Source: Escherichia coli 042
GTDB taxonomy: Bacteria > Pseudomonadota > Gammaproteobacteria > Enterobacterales > Enterobacteriaceae
Strand: one strand, 5' to 3'
NCBI RefSeq assembly: GCF_000027125.1
Contig: NC_017626.1
Length of the DNA stretch: 64,000 nucleotides
Of this stretch, positions 47,070-56,540 are shown in pieces; within the stretch, counting starts at the first letter, position 1, and the number at the start of each line of letters is the position of its first letter. Below the pieces are notes generated by a model. It ran no database searches. It saw nothing but the letters and a program-made list of their open reading frames with translations, and was not told the origin of the DNA. The position numbers and the translations under genes were made by a program.

Positions 47070-49541
47070 ATGAGTAAAGTCTTTATTTGCGCCGCTATTC
47101 CTGACGAACTGGCAACAAGGGAAGAAGGCGCTGTGGCTGTAGCCACAGCCATTGAAGCTGGCGACGAACGCCGTGCTCGAGCAAAATTTCACTGGCAATT
47201 CCTGGAACATTATCCGGCTGCTCAGGACTGCGCTTATAAATTTATTGTCTGCGAGGATAAACCTGGCATACCCCGCCCTGCCCTCGATTCATGGGATGCT
47301 GAATATATGCAGGAAAACCGCTGGGATGAGGAGTCTGCTTCTTTTGTCCCGGTTGAGACTGAATCCGATCCGATGAACGTCACTTTTGACAAGCTGGCCC
47401 CTGAAGTACAGAACGCTGTCATGGTTAAGTTCGACACATGTGAAAACATCACCGTTGATATGGTTATTAGCGCACAGGAATTGTTGCAGGAAGACATGGC
47501 AACATTCGACGGACATATCGTTGAAGCGTTGATGAAAATGCCAGAAGTTAACGCCATGTATCCGGAGCTTAAGTTGCACGCCATTGGGTGGGTTAAGCAT
47601 AAATGTATTCCTGGTGCTAAATGGCCCGAAATTCAGGCAGAGATGCGCATCTGGAAAAAACGTCGCGAAGGTGAACGCAAGGAAACCGGAAAATACACGT
47701 CTGTTGTTGATCTCGCCCGCGCCAGAGCCAATCAACAGTACACTGAAAATTCAACAGGAAAAATCAGCCCGGTCATTGCTGCCATTCATCGCGAATACAA
47801 GCAGACATGGAAAACACTGGATGACGAACTGGCCTACGCTCTCTGGCCTAGTGATGTGGATGCCGGAAACATTGACGGCAGCATCCATCGCTGGGCAAAA
47901 AAAGAAGTTATCGACAACGACCGCGAAGACTGGAAGCGTATCTCGGCATCAATGCGCAAACAGCCTGATGCCCTTCGCTACGACCGCCAAACTATTTTTG
48001 GCCTTGTCCGTGAGCGTCCGATCGACATTCACAAAGATCCCGTAGCACTGAACAAATATATCTGCGAATACCTGACGACAAAGGGCGTGTTTGAGAATGA
48101 AGAAACAGACCTGGGCACTGTTGATGTTCTCCAGTCATCAGAAACACAAACTGATGCAGTGGAAACTGAGGTATCTGATATCCCAAAAAATGAAACCGCG
48201 CCGGAAGCTGAACCATCTGTAGAGCGTGAGGGGCCGTTCTATTTCCTCTTCGCAGATAAGGACGGAGAAAAATACGGTCGCGCAAACAAACTCTCTGGTC
48301 TGGATAAGGCACTGGCTGCTGGCGCCACTGAAATCACAAAAGAAGAATATTTTGCCCGAAAAAATGGCACATACACGGGCTTACCGCAAAATGTAGATAC
48401 CGCTGAAGATTCAGAACAACCAGAGCCGATAAAAGTTACCGCTGACGAAGTAAACAAAATTATGCAGGCAGCCAATATCAGCCAGCCTGACGCCGATAAG
48501 TTGCTTGCTGCATCACGTGGTGAATTTGTTGAAGGGATTAGTGACCCGAATGATCCGAAATGGGTTAAGGGGCTCCAGACCCGCGATTCTGTGAACCAGA
48601 ACCAGCATGAATCGGAACGGAACTACCAAAAAGCGGAACAAAACAGTCCAAATGCGTTACAAAACGAGCCAGAAACGAAACAGCCTGAACCAGTAGCGCA
48701 ACAGGAAGTGGAAAAAGTCTGCACCGCCTGCGGTCAGACCGGCGGCGGCAACTGCCCTGATTGTGGCGCGGTGATGGGCGACGCAACATACCAAGAAACA
48801 TTCGATGAAGAGTATCAGGTTGAAGTTCAGGAAGATGATCCGGAGGAAATGGAAGGCGCTGAACATCCACACAAGGAGAACACTGGCGGCAATCAGCATC
48901 ACAATAGCGATAATGAAACTGGCGAGACGGCAGATCACCCAATTAAGGTGAACGGTCATCACGAAATCACATCCACCAGCAGGACGTGTGACCATCTAAT
49001 GATCGACCTTGAAACCATGGGAAAAAATCCTGATGCCCCGATCATCTCAATAGGTGCAATATTTTTCGATCCGCAAACCGGAGATATGGGACCGGAATTT
49101 AGTAAGACTATCGATCTGGAAACTGCTGGCGGAGTCATTGATCGGGACACCATTAAATGGTGGCTTAAGCAATTACGCGAAGCGCAATCTGCCATTATGA
49201 CCGATGAAATCCCGTTAGATGATGCACTGTTACAATTGCGAGAATTTATCGACGAAAACTCCGGTGAATTTTTTGTTCAGGTTTGGGGAAATGGAGCCAA
49301 CTTCGACAACACGATTTTGCGCCGTTCATACGAACGGCAGGGGATCCCCTGCCCGTGGCGTTACTACAACGATCGCGATGTACGCACAATCGTTGAGCTG
49401 GGGAAAGCCATAGACTTCGATGCCAGAACGGCTATTCCATTCGAAGGTGAGCGCCATAATGCACTTGATGACGCCCGTTACCAGGCAAAATACGTTTCAG
49501 TTATCTGGCAAAAACTGATCCCGAGTCAGGCTGATTCTTAA
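47070..49541 (+). CDS. ydfE: YdfE-family prophage protein, full length, with central zinc ribbon and C-terminal DEDDh (DnaQ-like) 3'-5' exonuclease domain
   Basis: ORF 47034..49541; start chosen at MSKVFICAAIPDELATRE...; CxxC...CxxC (CTACGQTGGGNCPDCG); exonuclease motifs DLETMG, GANFDNTIL, HNALDDARYQA. Confidence 0.8.
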   Translation: MSKVFICAAIPDELATREEGAVAVATAIEAGDERRARAKFHWQFLEHYPAAQDCAYKFIVCEDKPGIPRPALDSWDAEYMQENRWDEESASFVPVETESDPMNVTFDKLAPEVQNAVMVKFDTCENITVDMVISAQELLQEDMATFDGHIVEALMKMPEVNAMYPELKLHAIGWVKHKCIPGAKWPEIQAEMRIWKKRREGERKETGKYTSVVDLARARANQQYTENSTGKISPVIAAIHREYKQTWKTLDDELAYALWPSDVDAGNIDGSIHRWAKKEVIDNDREDWKRISASMRKQPDALRYDRQTIFGLVRERPIDIHKDPVALNKYICEYLTTKGVFENEETDLGTVDVLQSSETQTDAVETEVSDIPKNETAPEAEPSVEREGPFYFLFADKDGEKYGRANKLSGLDKALAAGATEITKEEYFARKNGTYTGLPQNVDTAEDSEQPEPIKVTADEVNKIMQAANISQPDADKLLAASRGEFVEGISDPNDPKWVKGLQTRDSVNQNQHESERNYQKAEQNSPNALQNEPETKQPEPVAQQEVEKVCTACGQTGGGNCPDCGAVMGDATYQETFDEEYQVEVQEDDPEEMEGAEHPHKENTGGNQHHNSDNETGETADHPIKVNGHHEITSTSRTCDHLMIDLETMGKNPDAPIISIGAIFFDPQTGDMGPEFSKTIDLETAGGVIDRDTIKWWLKQLREAQSAIMTDEIPLDDALLQLREFIDENSGEFFVQVWGNGANFDNTILRRSYERQGIPCPWRYYNDRDVRTIVELGKAIDFDARTAIPFEGERHNALDDARYQAKYVSVIWQKLIPSQADS

Positions 49542-49613
49542 TGTTCAACTGTCGCCGGTTGTGACTGGTATTCTGCAACCGGCGCTCGTCTGATGTAAGA
49601 GATAAAGAAATCG

Positions 49614-49865
49614 ATGAGCGAAGTAATCATGATTGTCTCTCCCGGCAAATGGGTATCCGAAGAGCAGTTAATTGCGCTGAAAGGAATAAAAAAAGGTACG
49701 TTAAAAAAGGCCCGAGAAAAATCGTTTATGGAAGGAAGGGAATATAAGTATGTCGCTCATGACGGTATGCCATGGGATAACAGTCCATGCTTTTACAACC
49801 TGGAAGAAATTGATCGCTGGATTGAGCGCCAGGCATCAGCGAGACCAAGACGTCATCTTACTTGA
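49614..49865 (+). CDS. putative excisionase
   Basis: 83-aa ORF immediately upstream of the integrase. Confidence 0.55.
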   Translation: MSEVIMIVSPGKWVSEEQLIALKGIKKGTLKKAREKSFMEGREYKYVAHDGMPWDNSPCFYNLEEIDRWIERQASARPRRHLT

Positions 49866-49884
49866 CTAAAAGCCACACTAACTA

Positions 49885-51180
49885 ATGAGAGAAGTTGAAA
49901 TGAAATATCCGACAGGCGTGGAAAACCATGGAGGGAAATTACGTATCTGGTTTGTTTATAAAGACGTAAGAGTCAGGGAAAATCTGGGGGTTCCTGACAC
50001 AGCAAAAAACAGGCGCGTTGCAGGTGAACTACGCTCCTCTGTTTGTTACGCAATAAAAACTGGTGTTTTCGACTATGCAAAACAGTTTCCCTCCTCACGC
50101 AATCTGGAAAAATTTGGTGAGGCCCGACAAGATTTAACCATAAAAGAACTGGCTGAAAAATTTCTGGCACTGAAAGAAACTGAAGTCGCCAAAACATCAC
50201 TCAACACATACCGTGCCGTCATCAAAAATATCCTGAGCATAATCGGTGAAAAAAATCTTGCCTCATCGATTAATAAAGAAAAATTACTGGAGGTTCGTAA
50301 AGAGTTACTGACTGGATACCAGATCCCCAAAAGTAACTATATTGTTACACAACCAGGGAGATCGGCTGTAACTGTAAATAATTACATGACAAATCTTAAC
50401 GCCGTGTTCCAGTTTGGTGTTGATAACGGTTACCTGGCAGATAATCCGTTTAAGGGGATCTCGCCATTAAAGGAATCAAGAACCATTCCGGATCCTCTTT
50501 CGCGGGAAGAATTTATCCGTCTTATCGATGCGTGCAGAAATCAGCAAGCAAAAAATTTATGGTGTGTTTCTGTTTATACTGGAGTTCGCCCTGGTGAGCT
50601 GTGTGCACTTGGATGGGAGGACATAGATCTGAAAAATGGAACAATGATGATCAGGAGAAATTTAGCAAAAGACCGTTTCACGGTACCAAAAACACAGGCG
50701 GGAACCAATCGGGTCATTCATCTTATTAAGCCAGCAATCGACGCTCTCCGGAGTCAGATGACATTAACGAGACTGAGCAAAGAGCATATCATTGATGTTC
50801 ACCTCAGAGAGTATGGCAGAACAGAAAAACAAAAATGCACCTTTGTTTTTCAACCTGAAGTGTCAGCGAGAGTAAAAAATTATGGTGACCATTTTACCGT
50901 TGACTCAATAAGGCAGATGTGGGACGCAGCGATAAAACGTGCCGGACTCCGCCATCGAAAATCATATCAGTCGAGACATACTTATGCCTGCTGGTCGCTG
51001 ACAGCTGGTGCTAACCCGGCATTTATAGCAAACCAGATGGGCCATGCAGATGCGCAAATGGTATTTCAGGTATACGGAAAATGGATGTCTGAAAACAATA
51101 ATGCACAGGTAGCTTTGTTAAATACACAGTTAAGCGAGTTTGCCCCAACCATGCCCCATAACGAAGCAATGAAAAATTAA
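49885..51180 (+). CDS. intQ: tyrosine-type phage integrase (start uncertain)
   Basis: 431-aa ORF at the prophage end with catalytic-domain-like C-terminus (...HTYACWSLTAGANPAFIANQMGHADAQM...). Confidence 0.9.
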   Translation: MREVEMKYPTGVENHGGKLRIWFVYKDVRVRENLGVPDTAKNRRVAGELRSSVCYAIKTGVFDYAKQFPSSRNLEKFGEARQDLTIKELAEKFLALKETEVAKTSLNTYRAVIKNILSIIGEKNLASSINKEKLLEVRKELLTGYQIPKSNYIVTQPGRSAVTVNNYMTNLNAVFQFGVDNGYLADNPFKGISPLKESRTIPDPLSREEFIRLIDACRNQQAKNLWCVSVYTGVRPGELCALGWEDIDLKNGTMMIRRNLAKDRFTVPKTQAGTNRVIHLIKPAIDALRSQMTLTRLSKEHIIDVHLREYGRTEKQKCTFVFQPEVSARVKNYGDHFTVDSIRQMWDAAIKRAGLRHRKSYQSRHTYACWSLTAGANPAFIANQMGHADAQMVFQVYGKWMSENNNAQVALLNTQLSEFAPTMPHNEAMKN

Positions 51181-51199
51181 TTTAATATTTATCAAATAG

Positions 51200-51310
51200 T
51201 TAACACGCATGACTCTTGAAATCCATAAATTCAAGCGCAGTGCCCAGCCATCCCGATACTGCTGCTTTCACCAAATCCTTAGTGCTTCTTTCGTGTTTTT
51301 CTATTGTCAT
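51200..51310 (-). pseudogene. ydfJ: N-terminal fragment of ydfJ (first ~34 codons) displaced by the prophage
   Basis: Minus-strand translation MTIEKHERSTKDLVKAAVSGWLGTALEFMDF then KSHAC-stop; MDF repeats at the other junction. Confidence 0.8.
51218..51228. repeat. prophage attachment-site core, right junction (GAAATCCATAA)
   Basis: Identical to 3615..3625. Confidence 0.6.
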
Positions 51311-51367
51311 AATGGTTATCTCTAAAAAAGAGGTAAGATGCGTACTACTTACTCGCCGTTATTGGTA

Positions 51368-52387
51368 TTATTCAGAAAAAGTGAGTAAGACTTTGCAGCA
51401 ATGCTTTTGATCCTGTTCAAATAAACTAATGGCATCAGCAACATGCTGGAAATCAAACGTATGGGTAATTAGTTTTTCTGGTTTAATTAACCCTTTACTT
51501 AACCAGTCGATAACGACCGGGAATTTATTTGCATTTAAGCGTGAAGAGAAAATAGAGAGTTCTTTTCCGGTAATTCCTTGCTGAATCACTTCAGACGGTT
51601 CACTGGAGAAGCCCATCAATACAATACGTGCCGCTGGAGAAGCCAGCGTTACGGCTTCTTTCAGGATTGAAGGATGACAAGCCGCATCGATAATTAATGT
51701 CGGCTTTATGCCTTTTTCAGCGAAAATCTCGCCAAGCGGTGTCTGGCTGTTATTAATCGCCCAGTCTGCCCCGCTCTCTTTCGCTTTTTCCAGTCGTTCA
51801 TCAATGCGATCGGCAACAATCACATTCTTAACGTTATAGACGCCTTTTAATACCTGAACGATCGTCAGGCCGATTGGACCTGCACCGTAAACCAGAACGG
51901 TATCATTTTCAGTCGGTTGCCCATGACCGGTAACGTTAGCCGCAATGGTAAAAGGTTCGATCATCACCGCATATTGATCGGCCACTGCTTCAGGAATTTT
52001 CCACGCATTTTTTGCCGGCACCATGGCATATTCACTGAAACCACCGTCAGCGTGCACACCTAATACAGCCAGTGTCGTACAAACGTTCGGCTTACCTATA
52101 GAGCACGGATAGCAATGCCCACAGCTGACCACCGGATCGACAGCAACGCGTTCACCGACTCTGGCGCTTTCCACGCCTTCACCCACTGCATCAATGACGC
52201 CAAAGAATTCATGACCAATGACGCGCGGATATTTCGCAAAAGGATTATGCCCACGATAAATATGGCTATCTGAACCACAAATTCCGGCAAGTTTCACTTT
52301 TACTCGTACTTCACCCGCTGACGGGGTGGGTATTTCACGTTCGATAATTGCCAGTTGATTCGGTTTTTCAATTAAAATGCTTTTCAT
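51368..52387 (-). CDS. rspB: Zn-dependent alcohol dehydrogenase-family starvation-sensing protein RspB
   Basis: ORF 51368..52411; start chosen at MKSILIEKPNQLAIIEREIP...; GHE and Cys motifs. Confidence 0.9.
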   Translation of the reverse strand: MKSILIEKPNQLAIIEREIPTPSAGEVRVKVKLAGICGSDSHIYRGHNPFAKYPRVIGHEFFGVIDAVGEGVESARVGERVAVDPVVSCGHCYPCSIGKPNVCTTLAVLGVHADGGFSEYAMVPAKNAWKIPEAVADQYAVMIEPFTIAANVTGHGQPTENDTVLVYGAGPIGLTIVQVLKGVYNVKNVIVADRIDERLEKAKESGADWAINNSQTPLGEIFAEKGIKPTLIIDAACHPSILKEAVTLASPAARIVLMGFSSEPSEVIQQGITGKELSIFSSRLNANKFPVVIDWLSKGLIKPEKLITHTFDFQHVADAISLFEQDQKHCCKVLLTFSE

Positions 52388-52398
52388 TATCTTACTCC

Positions 52399-53613
52399 TT
52401 ACCAGTTCCACAGCGTGCCATCTTCCAGACGTGCGACTGGCAGATAAGCAGGTTCATAGGGATATTTCGCCGCCAGCTTTTCATCGAATTCGATGCCAAG
52501 ACCCGGTTTGTCTCCCGGATGCATATAGCCGTTATCGAAAGTCCAGTTGTGCGGGAAGACTTCGAGCATTTGTTCGGAATAACCCATGTATTCCTGGACA
52601 CCGAAATTGGGGACCCACAGATCAAAGTGCAGCGCCGCAGCCATGCAGACTGGTGACAAATCGGAAGGACCGTGTGAGCCAGTACGTACCTGATACAACG
52701 AAGCAAAATCGGCAATCCGGCGCATACCGGTAATTCCGCCTGCATGGGTCAGCGTGGTGCGGATATAATCGATAAGTTGCTCTTCAATCAGTTGCTTGCA
52801 GTCCCAGATGCTGTTGAAGACTTCACCCACCGCGATGGGTGTGACGGTATGTTGGCGAATGAGACGGAAGCATTCCTGGTTTTCCGCAGGCGTCGGGTCT
52901 TCCATCCAGAACATGCGATAATCTTCAATGCTTTTACCAAAGCGCGCCGCTTCAATAGGCGTTAAGCGATGGTGCATGTCATGCAGCAAATGTTCATTAA
53001 AACCAAACTTGTTACGTACCGCGTCAAACAATTTCGGCATGAAATCGAGGTATTTCTCCGTCGACCACAGCTGCTCTTCCGGCCACTGTCCTTTGGTTGC
53101 GGGTTCATAAGCCAGACCTTTACCTTTCGACATGCCGTAGGTGGTTTTCATACCAGGGATTCCGCACTGCACGCGGATGGCTTTGAATCCCAGCTCCTGA
53201 TGACGGGCATAATCATCCAGAGCTTCATCAATACTGTGACCGGTGGTATGGCAATAAACCATCACCCCTTCACGAGACGCGCCGCCGAGTAACTGGTAAA
53301 GCGGCATGTTGGCAGCTTTGGCTTTAATATCCCACAGCGCCATATCAACCGCTGAAATGGCCGACATCGTCACCGGGCCGCGACGCCAGTAAGCTCCTTT
53401 ATAGAAAAACTGCCAGATATCTTCGATACGGTGTGCATCGCGACCAATAAGCTGCGGACAAAGGTGATCCTGCAAATAAGAGGCCACGGAAAGCTCACGT
53501 CCATTGAGGGTGGCATCCCCAAGGCCCGTAATACCGTCCTCAGTGGTGATTTTTAATGTGACGAAATTACGCCCCGGACAGGTAACAAAAACTTCAGCCT
53601 TTACGATCTTCAT
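52399..53613 (-). CDS. rspA: enolase-superfamily mannonate/altronate dehydratase-like RspA
   Basis: ORF 52399..53646; start chosen at [27 protein letters not shown]... Confidence 0.9.
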
Positions 53614-53818
53614 GTTCGATTCCTTGCATCGCTTGTCGTGATGCATGAAATCTACGCAACTGAGCTACTACCATACAAGTATGAAAATCGAAAAAAGCCG
53701 GAGTGATCACAAAAAAAGGCGTATATTTGCGCCGTGAATGGTTGACAAAAGATGAAATAGAATACCTTTTGTCAGCTGACACTTCCTTGTATCTTATTGA
53801 TAAAATGGATTTATGTCC

Positions 53819-54145
53819 TTACGCGCGCCCCCAGCCCGCAACAATGATCAACATGCCGCAAAGCGCAATCAACGCCCCCGTCCAGTCATAAAGACTCAGT
53901 TTCACGCCATCCACAACGCGCAGCCAAATCAATGCCGTGCAGACATAAACGCCACCATAAGCCGCGTAAACACGCCCACTCGCCGCAGGATGCAACGTTA
54001 ACAACCAGACAAACAGTGCCAGAGAAATCCCCGCCGGAAGCAACAGCCAGATACTGGCGTTTCGTTTTAACCACAACCAGGGCAGAAAGCATCCAATAAT
54101 TTCACACAGCGCAGTAGCAAAAAATAGTAACGTTGTTTTAATCAT
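53819..54145 (-). CDS. ynfA: UPF0060 inner-membrane protein YnfA
   Basis: ORF 53819..54154; start chosen at [20 protein letters not shown]... (108 aa). Confidence 0.85.
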
Positions 54146-54279
54146 CTTTGTCACTTATTGACATCATGTATAGTTATAGGACGACATAATATCATCAATA
54201 TAAACATCCTCCTGGTACGTTTTGCGTTCGCAGTGGATGGTGTAGAATCACCTTTAATCATTCATACAGGGAATGAATT

Positions 54280-54621
54280 ATGAAAATTACTCTCAGCAAA
54301 CGAATTGGCCTGCTCGCTTTTCTGCTGCCTTGCGCAATGGCATTGAGCACAACTGTTCATGCCGAAACTAACAAACTGGTGATTGAGTCTGGCGACAGTG
54401 CACAAAGCCGCCAGCACGCCGCTATGGAAAAAGAGCAATGGAATGAAACGCGCAATCTGCGCCAGAAAGTGAATAAACGCACTGAAAAAGAGTGGGATAA
54501 AGCCGACGCCGCTTTTGATAACCGCGATAAATGTGAGCAAAGCGCCAACATCAATGCCTACTGGGAGCCAAATACTTTGCGCTGCCTGGACCGTCGAACT
54601 GGCCGCGTTATTACCCCCTAA
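54280..54621 (+). CDS. ynfB: secreted protein YnfB (UPF0482)
   Basis: 113-aa ORF with signal peptide [28 protein letters not shown]. Confidence 0.85.
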   Translation: MKITLSKRIGLLAFLLPCAMALSTTVHAETNKLVIESGDSAQSRQHAAMEKEQWNETRNLRQKVNKRTEKEWDKADAAFDNRDKCEQSANINAYWEPNTLRCLDRRTGRVITP

Positions 54622-54655
54622 CCTGTTATTGATTTAAGGAATGTAAGGACACGTT

Positions 54656-55216
54656 ATGCCAAGCGCCCACAGTGTTAAGCTACGCCCGCTGGAGCGTGAA
54701 GATTTACGCTATGTACATCAACTCGACAATAACGCCAGTGTGATGCGTTACTGGTTTGAGGAACCCTACGAAGCCTTTGTTGAACTCTCTGATCTGTATG
54801 ATAAGCATATTCACGATCAGAGCGAACGGCGCTTTGTGGTGGAATGTGACGGCGAAAAAGCCGGTCTGGTGGAGCTGGTGGAAATTAACCATGTTCATCG
54901 CCGCGCAGAATTTCAGATAATTATCTCCCCGGAGTATCAAGGGAAAGGTCTGGCAACCCGTGCCGCCAAATTAGCAATGGACTATGGCTTCACCGTTCTC
55001 AATCTCTATAAGCTGTATCTGATCGTTGATAAAGAGAATGAAAAAGCGATTCACATTTACCGCAAGCTTGGCTTTACGGTTGAAGGTGAATTGATGCATG
55101 AGTTTTTTATTAATGGTCAATATCGTAATGCTATTCGCATGTGTATATTCCAGCATCAGTATCTGGCAGAGCACAAAACACCGGGTCAGACTCTCCTGAA
55201 GCCGACCGCACAATAG
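54656..55216 (+). CDS. speG: spermidine N1-acetyltransferase
   Basis: 186-aa [46 protein letters not shown]... Confidence 0.95.
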   Translation: MPSAHSVKLRPLEREDLRYVHQLDNNASVMRYWFEEPYEAFVELSDLYDKHIHDQSERRFVVECDGEKAGLVELVEINHVHRRAEFQIIISPEYQGKGLATRAAKLAMDYGFTVLNLYKLYLIVDKENEKAIHIYRKLGFTVEGELMHEFFINGQYRNAIRMCIFQHQYLAEHKTPGQTLLKPTAQ

Positions 55217-55218
55217 CA

Positions 55219-55929
55219 TTAATAATAATCGATAGTATTTTTGATGGTGTAAACCCGTTCGACGGCGGGTTTTACTCCTTCATCAACAATGATTAGCTGA
55301 CAGTCCACCGGATTGGCGTGACTGTCATATTCACAGCTCTGTTTTACATTACCAACCCTTTGATTATTCAGTAAAGTAACCGCTGTGTAATCTAATTTTT
55401 TGATCGGATCCGTTGATGGCGTGGCGCTGACAGATAATGTTTTGTCGTTACTTTTCGTGGTTTTACCCAGCGGATACCCCTGATCATCATAGCGATATTC
55501 CATCTGCATCTGTTTGCTGCTGGCTTTAATCACAAAGCCATTATCATCGGTTTCCCAACTCACCCCGGCAGAAGGTAATTCTGCTAGCTGGCATTTTCCC
55601 TGCAAACGAACTCTTTTCTCCAGTGTCTGGGCATCACGGTAATAATTGGCGTCCAGTACCAGGGCAACCACGGTATTATTTTCCAGATCCAGTAATTCGA
55701 GTGAATCAAAACAGCCTTCTTCCGACAAAGTCCCCGAAACACGTTTCGTCACTTCACCTTGCTCATCCATTAATGTCTGAGTGAAATCTTTTACCGGACC
55801 ACGCAGCGGATCAAAATCGAATTCATTAGAGAAACTGGCCATCTCAGGGGTAAAGGAAAGTGTTACCTCTGTGCGGTCACATCCTGTGAGGAATATCGCG
55901 AGTAAGCATGGCAGTAATTTGTATTTCAC
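55219..55929 (-). CDS. ynfC: UPF0257 lipoprotein YnfC
   Basis: ORF 55219..55965; probable GTG start (V)KYKLLPCLLAIFLTGC with lipobox. Confidence 0.8.
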   Translation of the reverse strand: MKYKLLPCLLAIFLTGCDRTEVTLSFTPEMASFSNEFDFDPLRGPVKDFTQTLMDEQGEVTKRVSGTLSEEGCFDSLELLDLENNTVVALVLDANYYRDAQTLEKRVRLQGKCQLAELPSAGVSWETDDNGFVIKASSKQMQMEYRYDDQGYPLGKTTKSNDKTLSVSATPSTDPIKKLDYTAVTLLNNQRVGNVKQSCEYDSHANPVDCQLIIVDEGVKPAVERVYTIKNTIDYY

Positions 55930-56036
55930 AACAGTCACCAGAGAGTAGAGATGATTCTCAATCATAGTAGCAAATACAGTACTTTACACGTTAAATGCTA
56001 TGCTTAAAGAAGTTATCTTCGCGTAAGGAGCTTATG

Positions 56037-56342
56037 ATGAAACTCTCAACCTGCTGTGCCGCGCTTCTGCTCGCCCTCGCCTCACCCGCGGTACTCGCCG
56101 CGCCGGGATCCTGTGAGCGCATACAGAGCGATATATCACAGCGCATTATCAATAATGGCGTACCCGAAAGCAGCTTCACGTTAAGTATTGTACCCAATGA
56201 CCAGGTTGATCAGCCTGATTCCCAGGTCGTCGGGCATTGCGCTAATGATACGCATAAAATTCTCTACACCCGCACCACCAGCGGTAACGTCTCTGCTCCC
56301 GCGCAGTCTACCCAGGATGGCGCGCCTGCCGAACCGCAGTAA
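56037..56342 (+). CDS. ynfD: secreted small protein YnfD (DUF1161)
   Basis: ORF 55995..56342; start chosen at MKLSTCCAALLLALASPAVLAAPGS... Confidence 0.8.
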   Translation: MKLSTCCAALLLALASPAVLAAPGSCERIQSDISQRIINNGVPESSFTLSIVPNDQVDQPDSQVVGHCANDTHKILYTRTTSGNVSAPAQSTQDGAPAEPQ

Positions 56343-56540
56343 CACATTATCGACTGAACGCCGGATACGACACATCCGGCGATTTGAACATACAACATAA
56401 TCCCACCTTATTACTCATACCCTTCTATTGATATGGATTAATAATTCTTAACCCAAAATAGGTAGACTTCCTCTATTGTTAGCGCGCTAAATATTCAATA
56501 TATAAACTTTTATATAACGATAAAGAACAGGGAGTGAGTT

